From: Opitutaceae bacterium
Lineage (GTDB): Bacteria; Verrucomicrobiota; Verrucomicrobiia; Opitutales; Coraliomargaritaceae
DNA length: 64,000 bases
Assembly (NCBI GenBank): GCA_051252375.1
Contig: JBPOFY010000006.1
Location: 32,001-96,000 of the forward strand
Direction: 5' to 3'
The translations under genes and the position numbers were made by a program. The notes beneath the pieces are model-generated. The model was not told the DNA's origin and searched no databases. It saw only the letters and a program-made list of their open reading frames with translations. Shown one piece after another: positions 55,022 to 64,000 of this stretch (its first letter is position 1; every line of letters begins with the position of its first letter).

Positions 55022-56011
55022 TCAACCCGCTGGCCAGAGCACTTTGATCAACGGTAGCAAGGTTCGTGCTTCCGTATCGAAACGATCATAGTGCGTCTCG
55101 ATCAGCCGGGCGAAGCCGTCCAGGTCGAGTAGGGTTAGCGGTATGTTCGACCGCTCAGCCTCATAGCGCGCCTCTCGTGTGAAACCTCCCGTAGAAAGGT
55201 AGATCCCCCGATCGCCCTGTCGTAAGACACTGATAAAACTCCGAACCTCTTGAGAGCCAATCGAAGTATTCTTGCGGTGCTTCACTTCCGCTTTGATTCG
55301 CGGTTCCTGTAGTCCGAGCCCATCGGGTGACGCTATCACGTCCACGCCTCTATCTGGTCCCACGGGGCTCACCGTAGCCTTAAAGCCCATCGCTCGCAGT
55401 AGACCCGCTAGCAATTCTTCCATCTCCTGGTCATCGAGTCGCACAATCTTATCTTTAACGCGCTCGCGGGCGTTTTCCTGTAGTGACCGCTTCGACTCCT
55501 CGCTCACTTCATCTTCGCTCTGAATCTCATCGCTTTCGTTAGCCGGCTTGCCCTCAAGTGCCGCTTGGACGTCCATCAATATTTCATCGGTTAAGCGAAA
55601 TAGAGTCAACGTGCTCCCTAAGCTGTTTCGGGTGGCAAGTTTCAGATCGTCCCTTGCGACCTGCTTGTCCTGCCATGTGACTTTGCGTCGGTGTGGCAGT
55701 TCGTCGTCCGATGCTTCGTAATAATAATCACTGGCAATTTCGCCCACCATGTATTTCCGTGTGCTAGGGTCATAGGTCAGCACCCCGTCTCCCTTTTTAA
55801 TTTCGTTTGCGAAACGATGGAGCATACCAACATCCCCGTTCGCCCTCGGCCCATTGATCTCCGGATTCCGAGCCTTATAAGCCTCTCGAATCCCTTCGCG
55901 GTCGTTCCCGCTCAGATCTTGCGGTGTCCCGAATCCAATCGCGACAAGGCCGGATTCGAACATTTCAATATAATCGCCGCCTCCAGAGCGGACCATCCAT
56001 GCGTTTTTCAT
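55022..56011 (-). CDS. Mrr-family restriction endonuclease with N-terminal EVE/PUA-like domain
   Basis: AWMVR, PDRGVDV, EVKH, STGGFT. Confidence 0.88.
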   Translation of the reverse strand: MKNAWMVRSGGGDYIEMFESGLVAIGFGTPQDLSGNDREGIREAYKARNPEINGPRANGDVGMLHRFANEIKKGDGVLTYDPSTRKYMVGEIASDYYYEASDDELPHRRKVTWQDKQVARDDLKLATRNSLGSTLTLFRLTDEILMDVQAALEGKPANESDEIQSEDEVSEESKRSLQENARERVKDKIVRLDDQEMEELLAGLLRAMGFKATVSPVGPDRGVDVIASPDGLGLQEPRIKAEVKHRKNTSIGSQEVRSFISVLRQGDRGIYLSTGGFTREARYEAERSNIPLTLLDLDGFARLIETHYDRFDTEARTLLPLIKVLWPAG

Positions 56012-56103
56012 AGTGTTGATTCGGTTGTTAAGTGTCTGATCTGGATCCCGGCGGGTGTGCCCTCGGGCAGAAAGACTTGGAGTGCTTTTGGGGTAGGTTT
56101 CAT
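56008..56103 (-). pseudogene. 5' remnant of a probable GIY-YIG/DUF4357-like gene, now a 31-aa ORF coupled to mrr
   Basis: MKPTPKALQVFLPEGTPAGIQIRHLTTESTL*; TGA overlaps the mrr ATG. Confidence 0.5.
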
Positions 56104-56165
56104 CTGTATTTGCTCAATCTTTATATTATGCGTTCGACCACGTTCTCTCCCATATATCAAAACTT

Positions 56166-56972
56166 CTAGGTCAACTGTTCCCAGACACCTTGATCAAATG
56201 CAGTCTTTTTTATGAGTGCTTCAAGTTGCGATTTCGCTTTGTTTGGAGAGCTTTTCCATAGGCTATATAGCGTAGGCACATCAGGCTCACTTATTGATGT
56301 ATGAGCGTCATGTTGTTTAAGCCATAAGTTAAACCGTTCCTTGGAACTGTAATAGTCGTTTTCTGCTTTAATTTTAGAAATTACACGTTCGTCCGCATTT
56401 GACTGCCCGAGAACCTTGATCGCTTTATTTAATTCAAGGAGCAGATCCGTTCGTCCATCCGTGAATAGATCGTTAGCAAATAAAATAATCTTTTGGTTGT
56501 TCCCGAAATGTAATTTCAGGAATTCATCAACAATTGCTTTCGCTATTTCATTAATGTTATCAAAATCCTTGGTATTGAGCATATATGCCTTGTAGGTATA
56601 TGCTAGTTTCTTGGAGTATTTAGTTAACTTAGCAGCAGCTTCGTCTAAACTTGGATGGTATTTGATCGCGACCTCCCAATCTTCATCTAGAGGGTCAATT
56701 GTGTTATGCGTGCCAAAGTCATCGTTTACAAAATCATAGCCACTTTGCCCCTTTGAGCCTCGTTCTCTGTCGTATTCCAATTTTTTAGCTGTATTTGAAA
56801 GTGTCTCATACGCTTCATTTATATCGGCCATTTTTTCGGCTATATTCGCTCGTCCGGCATAAGTGTCTGGATGGTAACGCTTCGAAAGTGCCCGATATGC
56901 TGCTTTAATGACGATAATCTCTGCACTCGGTAAAACCCCAAGGGTTTCATAATAATCTTTTTCAATATTCAT
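56166..56972 (-). CDS. J-domain protein
   Basis: KDYYETLGV...YHPD...INEAYETLS; AT-rich. Confidence 0.85.
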   Translation of the reverse strand: MNIEKDYYETLGVLPSAEIIVIKAAYRALSKRYHPDTYAGRANIAEKMADINEAYETLSNTAKKLEYDRERGSKGQSGYDFVNDDFGTHNTIDPLDEDWEVAIKYHPSLDEAAAKLTKYSKKLAYTYKAYMLNTKDFDNINEIAKAIVDEFLKLHFGNNQKIILFANDLFTDGRTDLLLELNKAIKVLGQSNADERVISKIKAENDYYSSKERFNLWLKQHDAHTSISEPDVPTLYSLWKSSPNKAKSQLEALIKKTAFDQGVWEQLT

Positions 56973-56994
56973 CGATCAATAGAAACTATGGATT

Positions 56995-57107
56995 TCGAAT
57001 GTGTGCGCGGCACGAAGATCGCTTGCACGGTCCGCGTCGTCAATTTGAATCCCGGCGGGCGTGCCTTCGGGGAGAAAGACTTGGAGGGTTTTTGGGGTGG
57101 GTTTCAT
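56995..57107 (-). pseudogene. 5' remnant of the same GIY-YIG/DUF4357-like gene, frameshifted
   Basis: MKPTPKTLQVFLPEGTPAGIQI then, in another frame, LTTRTVQAIFVPRT. Confidence 0.55.
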
Positions 57108-57190
57108 TTTCTCAGCAAACTAAGGTTTAGTGTAAATATTTTTTATGTCCCTTCGCACCAAGTGGCTGAACGGTCGCATTTGTATAGGGC

Positions 57191-57664
57191 TCACTCACAT
57201 ATTTTGAAGGCCGACAAAATAATGAACCCCACCATCACTATCGAAACTAGCAAATAGAACAGAAGAGGACCAATGCTATGATTGAATGCTGCTGGAACTG
57301 CTCGCTTGATCACTTGGCTTAGTTCTACTTCGCTTTGGCTAATTCTTTGCTCGACCCTTATGATTTCTTTTACGGCTCCATGCAGGAGTCGATTGTAATA
57401 TAGCAAGTCTAGGCAACAAATACTGATCCATGCAATTAGCATGGCTATGAATGCATACAGCATGATGTTCCAATCAACTGTTTTGCCCCCCGAACCTAAT
57501 CCGAAAGCAAGCAGTGTTGGAATTGCCGCAATGCCAGCTAAAGACTGTAAACGCAAGCGGGCGAGCAGATCGTTAAAGTGCATTGTGATGTCTTCACAGT
57601 CTTTCCAGTATTTATAAAGACGATCTTCGCATTCAACGTTTGTTTCTTTGGTCTCAGAACTCAT
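57191..57664 (-). CDS. Hypothetical multi-TM membrane protein
   Basis: Three hydrophobic segments; 6 bp downstream of the helicase gene. Confidence 0.7.
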   Translation of the reverse strand: MSSETKETNVECEDRLYKYWKDCEDITMHFNDLLARLRLQSLAGIAAIPTLLAFGLGSGGKTVDWNIMLYAFIAMLIAWISICCLDLLYYNRLLHGAVKEIIRVEQRISQSEVELSQVIKRAVPAAFNHSIGPLLFYLLVSIVMVGFIILSAFKICE

Positions 57665-57670
57665 AATTAA

Positions 57671-60193
57671 TTACGCGTTATACTCCGCAGGCTCTTCCTC
57701 AAATACCCGCATCGCCTCGAAGTCTTCTGGGGATACGACCGTATCGAATCCACCGATGTCTTCACCCTTGTGCTTGTCGATTCCAGTATAGCTGAGGCTC
57801 GCATCTTCGTAGCGCTTAAACTTGAAAACGGCATCGTTCATCAGCGGCCCATTGAAGACGCCGAGACTTACAAGTAGCTCAAAGTCTTTCACTGATAGGT
57901 TCGTCACCTTTTTGAAGAGTCCAGGTTCTAGCTGAGTAATCACATCCTTTAACGAGCGCTCTCGGTAGTCGGTCAGATACATAAAGACAGGAATTCGCGT
58001 CGCAAATTTGATCAGCTTCTCCTGCACCTGTTTTCGTAAGCTCTTCACCTCTTTTTCTTCGTCGGTCAGCTCTTTCTTTTCCTTCTTTGTCATGTCTTCG
58101 TCGTTAGCGTCTTTTTTCGCTTTTTTGACCGACTCTGATTTGTTGATGATGGTTTCGAGGTCTTGGTTTAGGCTGCGGAAACCTTCGATGTTCATAAGCG
58201 CTTCCATCGCATCTGGGTTGCTCATCAGCCGTTGCAGCGTGCTGTTGTCGACGTTCACCAGCAGCGCACTTTCCCAGCGCTTGGCTAGGAGTGTCGCGGT
58301 CGTGCCGCTCATTGCCATGTCCAGAATGCCCGCTGCGTCGATCTGCTTCATCGAGCTGCCGTCATAGGCAAGCACGGGCAGGAATTTAATGAACTCTTCG
58401 ACCTTCTTCTCCGGGTTGTTCTCATCCACATTTAAGCGGCAACTGTAATCAGCAATCTGCCTCAAGGCACGATTCGGAGCGAAGTCGAAGACGTAGCACT
58501 CTTCCTTAATTACCACTTCCTTATTCGGATCGTCTCCTTCAGGGTTCCGCACGCTCCACGGTGTTTGCACCCGGAATGCTGCCTGAAAGTAAGTCTCAGG
58601 GCTGGATGAATTACGTAGCATGAAAATGCCCGTCCACGGCTTTACAGATACTCCTGTAGTTAGCTTCCCACAGCTAAGCGTTATCGTCTTCGAGTGTAGC
58701 GGATCACGCATCTTATCCTGGACGGGGGGCAGGGCGGCTGCGCCGATCCCCGCGCTTGTTCCGGCGCAGACAATCACCTGGTAGTCATGATAGAAGGTGT
58801 TCTGCCTTTCCGCTATCAAATTGCGCATTGCATGGCAGGCGGCCACATTCGGCAAGAACCAGAAAGTGTGGTTCAACACACTTAGCAGCGGCGCATGGGA
58901 GAACGGCAAAGGTGGCTTCTTTGCGCCCATTTTTAGATTGTCCACCGCAGTCTCCGAAAAGCTTCCGCGAATCATATCAAGCCACTTCTGGACTTCGTCC
59001 TTATATTCAAATTCAGCCAGTGCGCCGTCACCGTTGGCTTTGAAGAAGACATTCAGATCAAACTCGTCAAACTCGCCCTCCATCGCGATCTCGCGGATCG
59101 AGTCGGGCAGCTGGTAAGTCATCAGCACCATTCGGGGCAGTGCGATGTAAGGATTTTTTTCGCCGTCCCACTCCTCTTTGGCTTTTTGCTCGTCGGAGTA
59201 AGTCCAGTTGAAGATTTGCTCTTCAATGAACTCGCCCGATCCGATCGCTCGAAACGGTGTGCCCGAAAGATAGAGGTAAGCATCCGTCGTGATCGGCATC
59301 AGCTCTTCATCGAAGTCTTCGATGCCTTCACCTTCGCCAAATTCGAGCTCCTTCTTGCCTTCGGCTTCAAAGAGTTCCTTTGCATTCTCACGCCAGGATC
59401 CGAAATGGTATTCGTCTAAGATGACGCAGTCCCAGTTTGTCGTGTGCACCCATTCGTTCTTGGTTTTGATGCCGCCTGTGCTCTTATTTTTACCGAGAAA
59501 ATCTTGGAACGACCCGAAGCACACGAAAGGCTTTGATGTGTCGGTGTCTTCGTAGCTTTGTCCATCTTTTGAGATAAACTGCCAACCTTCGAAGTCGACG
59601 TGAGTCTTGAGGTCTTCTTCCCATGCGCTGACCACTGCGGGCTTGAAGGTCAGCACGAGCACTTTCTTCCAGCCCATTTCTTGCGCAAGTTTGTAGCTGG
59701 CGAAGGTTTTGCCAAATCGCATTTTTGCATTCCATAGAAAGTGGGGCGTTTTCCCGTCTTGCTCAGCATGTTGTGAGCGGAAGTAGTCGGCCGCCTTGCT
59801 CACCGCTGCCGATTGCTCTGGCCGCATCCCGAAGCTCTGGCTTCGGTTTTCTGTGTTTAACTTATCCTCAGTGACGGCCAGCACAGCCGCCTGGACGTCC
59901 TCAAGGGTGCACTCAAACCATTCGCCGTCTGGATTGTTAAAGCCCAGCTTCCTTAAATGACGGTGCACGTCATGGTCAGCAAATACGGACCCGTCATTGC
60001 GCATCGCAGGCTCCTCAAGGAGGATTTCATAATCCAAGCCAGCGGTCTTTAGCTGCTCGGCCACGCGAGTTTTTGCGTCGCGGCTAGTGAAGCCTACTTT
60101 TATGCGATCTTGGTGCCCGTCGACACCTTTGATCTTGTATGCGTAGATCGTCGGCTTCGATTTGGGGCGAGGTGGGAAAAAGTCTTTTGGCAT
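57671..60193 (-). CDS. Restriction subunit: T5orf172/GIY-YIG-like nuclease + SF2 helicase
   Basis: IYAY...IKVGFT...GEWF; AKMRFGKT, DEYH, LSGTP, QAAFR. Confidence 0.88.
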   Translation of the reverse strand: MPKDFFPPRPKSKPTIYAYKIKGVDGHQDRIKVGFTSRDAKTRVAEQLKTAGLDYEILLEEPAMRNDGSVFADHDVHRHLRKLGFNNPDGEWFECTLEDVQAAVLAVTEDKLNTENRSQSFGMRPEQSAAVSKAADYFRSQHAEQDGKTPHFLWNAKMRFGKTFASYKLAQEMGWKKVLVLTFKPAVVSAWEEDLKTHVDFEGWQFISKDGQSYEDTDTSKPFVCFGSFQDFLGKNKSTGGIKTKNEWVHTTNWDCVILDEYHFGSWRENAKELFEAEGKKELEFGEGEGIEDFDEELMPITTDAYLYLSGTPFRAIGSGEFIEEQIFNWTYSDEQKAKEEWDGEKNPYIALPRMVLMTYQLPDSIREIAMEGEFDEFDLNVFFKANGDGALAEFEYKDEVQKWLDMIRGSFSETAVDNLKMGAKKPPLPFSHAPLLSVLNHTFWFLPNVAACHAMRNLIAERQNTFYHDYQVIVCAGTSAGIGAAALPPVQDKMRDPLHSKTITLSCGKLTTGVSVKPWTGIFMLRNSSSPETYFQAAFRVQTPWSVRNPEGDDPNKEVVIKEECYVFDFAPNRALRQIADYSCRLNVDENNPEKKVEEFIKFLPVLAYDGSSMKQIDAAGILDMAMSGTTATLLAKRWESALLVNVDNSTLQRLMSNPDAMEALMNIEGFRSLNQDLETIINKSESVKKAKKDANDEDMTKKEKKELTDEEKEVKSLRKQVQEKLIKFATRIPVFMYLTDYRERSLKDVITQLEPGLFKKVTNLSVKDFELLVSLGVFNGPLMNDAVFKFKRYEDASLSYTGIDKHKGEDIGGFDTVVSPEDFEAMRVFEEEPAEYNA

Positions 60194-60197
60194 ATGC

Positions 60198-61691
60198 TTA
60201 CTCTACTGGCTGAATCATTGATTCAATGAACGAGATCTCCGACGAACTTAAGTCATACTTTTTGTGAAGTTTTCCATCATCCCACGGCTCTGAGAAATCC
60301 TGAAGAGGAACAAAAGTATAAACTCGGGAGGTAGCGTCTTGCGTGTTCTTCATTAGTAAAACAAGAAAGCGGAAAAACCTTGTAGAGATGTATTTTGCCA
60401 GATTCTCGGCTTCCTTTTTGGTTTTATACTGGCCGGCAACGATATAGGTCTCGGAGCAACCACTATTAGGTTCTGCCACGAAAGCCTTGCCGAGTATAGG
60501 ATGAGGGAAGGAGTCGCTACCGCTACCTGCTCTTGGTAGCATTACTTTATAGCCCTTTAATAAATCAACGTTATTTAAAATCTCTTCCTTTGCCGCATAA
60601 CCGATTCCCCCATTGCGGTATATTTTTATCGACCCATTGAAAGGTTTGGCTCTTCCCCTGTATGTTGTGGTCAGGCCAAATGGTTTTCTGGAACTAACTT
60701 GAGCGGAAATGGAAGGTTCTCCTTTTGATCTAACTTTTTCTAATATAGTTATTCCTTCGTTGTATCTTATGAATGTTTCTGCATTGTTTTCTAATAATGG
60801 TCTTTCTGATACACTAAGCTTTCCTTGGTTATTAGAAAAAACCTTACAAAGTCCTTTGTGGTCGCGGTTCCATAGGAAATAGCAAATTCCGCCTTTAATT
60901 TGAACACCTGGAAAAACGGAGCTAGCATCTGGGTAATCATGTATTTGGCGGATACGGTCATCATGCAGCATTTCTTCTCGGAATTCATCTAGTCCTTTTC
61001 CTCCTGAAAACCATCTTGCCGGAATAATCATTGATAGATATCTCGGATTCATCTTTTTTGCCTGAGCCACAAACTTATGATAAATGGGTGAAGCGCTTGT
61101 GCCGTATCCGCCATCGCTCAGTTGATATGGTGGATTTCCGATGATGACATCAAATTTCATGTTAAAAATCTCCTCTGGTGTTTCAGTGTGTATAAATTCA
61201 TAGGCATGGCTTTCCATTGCCTCTTCTCGCTCGTAGTTTTCTTGGCTGGCCCCACAAAAGCTGCACCGCCCATTCTCCCACGTGTGTGGAACGCGCTCGA
61301 AACGAATATTCCCGGCAGTATCCGTGAACTCCTCGCAAATGGAATACGGGCCGTTGGCAATCTTTGAGCAGTAGAGAGATCGACGGGCCAGTAGCGAAGT
61401 GAGCTCTGTGATCGCGATGCCGTAGAGCTGGTTTTTGAAGATATGATTCACCCGCTCGGTCTGATCGGGGATCTGTTCAGCCAAGCCGTCGATCAGGCGT
61501 TTTGCGATTTCGCGCAGGAAGACGCCCGACTTGCAAAATGGATCCAGGAATTTCGCATCCCGGTCACTCCATAGTTCATTAGGAAGTTGATCCAGTATTT
61601 CGTTTGCGAGCTTAGGTGGCGTAAACACTTCGTCACTGCTCAGGTTCGCCAAGCAAGTCAGCACATCTGGGTTATATGGATTAGTCAGCAT
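60198..61691 (-). CDS. Eco57I-like N6-adenine DNA methyltransferase with C-terminal TRD
   Basis: [23 protein letters not shown]. Confidence 0.92.
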   Translation of the reverse strand: MLTNPYNPDVLTCLANLSSDEVFTPPKLANEILDQLPNELWSDRDAKFLDPFCKSGVFLREIAKRLIDGLAEQIPDQTERVNHIFKNQLYGIAITELTSLLARRSLYCSKIANGPYSICEEFTDTAGNIRFERVPHTWENGRCSFCGASQENYEREEAMESHAYEFIHTETPEEIFNMKFDVIIGNPPYQLSDGGYGTSASPIYHKFVAQAKKMNPRYLSMIIPARWFSGGKGLDEFREEMLHDDRIRQIHDYPDASSVFPGVQIKGGICYFLWNRDHKGLCKVFSNNQGKLSVSERPLLENNAETFIRYNEGITILEKVRSKGEPSISAQVSSRKPFGLTTTYRGRAKPFNGSIKIYRNGGIGYAAKEEILNNVDLLKGYKVMLPRAGSGSDSFPHPILGKAFVAEPNSGCSETYIVAGQYKTKKEAENLAKYISTRFFRFLVLLMKNTQDATSRVYTFVPLQDFSEPWDDGKLHKKYDLSSSEISFIESMIQPVE

Positions 61692-62358
61692 TACTTATTT
61701 TTAGAAAGTGAGTGAGCGGATATTCCTTGATTGGTTCGGGAATAAAGCCAGTGCCTCCTATGTCGTCGCTAAGTTCGGGTTCAGCGAAGAGGTCACCTTT
61801 CTGGATTTTTTCTTTGGGCGACAGCTCATGGAAGGCGAAGTCGCGGCGCTTCATCATGCTCCCTGTGACCAGTGACCAGTCCGAGAAGACGATGGGCTGT
61901 GGTGATGCGCCCTCGGTCTCAAGTGTCAGTGCATTGCCATGCACAATATTTTTCTCCAGTAAGAATTTTATCGTGCTCAAGCAGCTTTCTTTGATACGTG
62001 ATTTAAAGAGCTCGGAGTAGTGCGTATAGAAAAGCTCAAAGAGTCGTCCTCGGGCACCTTCCACGTTTCCCAAGATAATATCGATACCATAGATGCTCGA
62101 TACGGTCAGCACGCCATAGCGCTCAAAATCGATCTGTGATTTCTTGTAGCGCTTGATCACCACATGGAGCTTACGCTCAAGGATCTCGACGAGGAAATTC
62201 CCCGTGCCGCAGGCTGGCTCCAAGAATTTCGATTCAATCCGTTCCGTCTCCTGTTTGACTAAGTCCAGCATAGCGTTGACCTCACGCTTGGCGGTATAGA
62301 CCTCACCGCGGTCTGCGACGCGCTGTTTGGAGACAATGAGCTGTTCTGTCTCAGCCAT
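61681..62358 (-). CDS. Short SAM-binding methyltransferase-like subunit
   Basis: [22 protein letters not shown]; no NPPY motif. Confidence 0.8.
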   Translation of the reverse strand: MAETEQLIVSKQRVADRGEVYTAKREVNAMLDLVKQETERIESKFLEPACGTGNFLVEILERKLHVVIKRYKKSQIDFERYGVLTVSSIYGIDIILGNVEGARGRLFELFYTHYSELFKSRIKESCLSTIKFLLEKNIVHGNALTLETEGASPQPIVFSDWSLVTGSMMKRRDFAFHELSPKEKIQKGDLFAEPELSDDIGGTGFIPEPIKEYPLTHFLKISNAD

Positions 62359-62656
62359 GGGCATCCTTTTCTGAGAGTTCAATGGCTTCGTTTGATCTCG
62401 CCGCCACCAAATAGCTGACTGCTCGCGAAGTTGCTGAAATATAAAGTGGACTCAGCCATATGGCTCGATTGCCGCCTATACCATCATGCAGTCGTAAGTA
62501 GTTTGAGGTTTCCGTAAGCATAGATCCCCTGAAATTGACCCTATTCCAAACGCCCTACAAGTGCAAAGCAGAGCAGGGGAGTGATATTCGGCATCTAGAG
62601 ATTATACCACGCCGGGTCGGACATTCGCGGGGCTAGGTCCCGCTATATGCCAGTGA

Positions 62657-63772
62657 CTATACGCCAAGTGAGACGACTGTGAGTTGACTCAGGGCTAGGA
62701 CCTTCACCCCGTTTTGCATCTCGATGCTTTGGGTGCCCCATTCATCGGGTATAACGATCACTACGCTTTCGCATTTCATTTTTTGCTGTATTTGTTCGGC
62801 GACAAAAATTTCAGCATCAATATCTAGCTGATCATTATCACTAGGAATGATAGCGATCAGTTTTTTGTCGTTTCGCACAGCGCAAAGATGGCCGTCTTTG
62901 GTAGCTGTTTTGACTTTCATCTTCTTCAGTTCAGTTTTGATGCCTCCTTTTAGGTGGTTGATGCGCGCGATATCCTCATGGCTAAAAGATCGTGGAGGAG
63001 GGCAGCTTAGGCGCTCGTAGTGCATCAGATCTAACCTGAGCTGCTCAAGCGACACTACCTTATGCCAAAGACGCTTTGGTTCTTTGGGTTTGGGACCTCT
63101 GCGCGTTTCTCTCTTTTTCGGGGCCAATATGAATATGACTTCGTCGAGCATGAGGTATTCACGTAGGCAGCACGCGATTGCTTCAAAAAGCTCGGGAGTG
63201 TCCTCACCTGCCAAAAAAATCCCCAACTGCCGCTCAACGGGGACATCAAAACCGAGTTCAGCGTCATTTTCTGGAAAATGAATCGTTACTAGGAAATCGA
63301 CGTGAATCGGCCCGATTGCATAGTCTTGTATGTATTCCATGTGAACAGCTTCTATGGCTTCACGCACGGCAATCCGTCGATGTATATCCACTGCTCTTTC
63401 ACTGAGGTGCGTTTCTGCTAGGAGACGCGTTTCTAAGTCTGTTTTTAATGGGGTCAGTCCGACGGTATCCGAAAGAAACAAGCCCTTGCCTTCGTATAAA
63501 TCCTGTAGTCTGGCTCTCTCATGCTCATTGCTGCAGAGTGCATCTTTGATGCGCTCTAAGTTTTTTCGAGTGGTGCGGTGGCTCCCTTTCCGGAGCCTAG
63601 TAATCGTTTGCTCACGCAGTCCTGTGTTTTCGGCAAGCGTTTTACCTAAAATCTTATGCTGATCCATCAACTGGCTGATGAAGACGCCCACCCGGATGTT
63701 AATTTCGGGTTCTTTGAGGGTATACTTACTAAGGTCAAATGTAGGCATTATGCGAAAGGATGTTAATTTCAA
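62657..63772 (-). CDS. XRE-HTH regulator with large uncharacterised C-terminal region
   Basis: LAENTGLREQTITRL HTH; divergent from the gene at 63905; start uncertain. Confidence 0.65.
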   Translation of the reverse strand: MKLTSFRIMPTFDLSKYTLKEPEINIRVGVFISQLMDQHKILGKTLAENTGLREQTITRLRKGSHRTTRKNLERIKDALCSNEHERARLQDLYEGKGLFLSDTVGLTPLKTDLETRLLAETHLSERAVDIHRRIAVREAIEAVHMEYIQDYAIGPIHVDFLVTIHFPENDAELGFDVPVERQLGIFLAGEDTPELFEAIACCLREYLMLDEVIFILAPKKRETRRGPKPKEPKRLWHKVVSLEQLRLDLMHYERLSCPPPRSFSHEDIARINHLKGGIKTELKKMKVKTATKDGHLCAVRNDKKLIAIIPSDNDQLDIDAEIFVAEQIQQKMKCESVVIVIPDEWGTQSIEMQNGVKVLALSQLTVVSLGV

Positions 63773-63904
63773 GCTCTATTTAAAGGTTATTATTTAACAT
63801 CGTGTTCTTTTTTATGCCTTTGTGGATGCTTGATCTCATCGCACGGCTCCTCGATCGGCACATCTGCATGAGAGACATACGGCCTGCATGAACCTACCAG
63901 AACC

Positions 63905-64000
63905 ATGGCAATCATCACCAAAATCACCGACACCCGATTCGAAATCGAAGCGCTCCCACCGACAGGAAGCTACATTGCAACCTGCCTCGACATTAACGAC
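63905..64000 (+). CDS. Partial ORF at window edge, possibly a phage/ICE-type DNA-metabolism protein
   Basis: MAIITKITDTRFEIEALPPTGSYIATCLDIND..., open to the end of the window. Confidence 0.5.
   Translation, partial: MAIITKITDTRFEIEALPPTGSYIATCLDIND

Noticed and set aside
62350..62521. 56-codon ORF upstream of the RM operon as a possible controller protein
   Set aside because: No convincing HTH pattern; cannot be supported

Overview
Bacterial chromosomal window. Gene content and protein style suggest Verrucomicrobiota, probably Opitutales (inference). About 1-39.6 kb is mostly core genes: uvrA 3' end, ppx/gppA-like, obgE, two Aas-type acyl-ACP synthetases, a GH13 debranching enzyme, alaS, leuB, pyrC, purD, mpl, tRNA-Phe, argA, xerD, cardiolipin synthase, rlmH and djlA. 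Its intergenic spaces are rich in GTAG-type REP hairpins and heptamer arrays. About 39.9-64 kb is an accessory/defence region, almost all on the minus strand. It holds HigBA, two Mrr-family nucleases, an uncharacterised GHKL-ATPase + tandem-PRTase operon, an MqsRA-like toxin-antitoxin-SecB (TAC) triad, MazG-like + DUF2075 helicase, a small GIY-YIG nuclease, XRE-ImmA + PIN, and a three-gene Eco57I-like restriction-modification system. A displaced tmRNA-like 3' end at 52790 marks the att boundary of an island that runs off the right edge. Most notable signals: (1) a fixed-length 39-bp element (five heptamers + GAAT) in seven full copies, which brackets a four-helix-bundle gene as inverted repeats, forms an 'empty' inverted pair elsewhere, and sits in-frame inside alaS; (2) the GHKL + PRTase operon, with attC-like halves on each side; (3) defence cassettes separated by repeated gene-end remnants; (4) a 23-nt micro-insert at the same position in two different REP hairpins. 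Family calls come from motif reading, not database searches; identity counts are manual.
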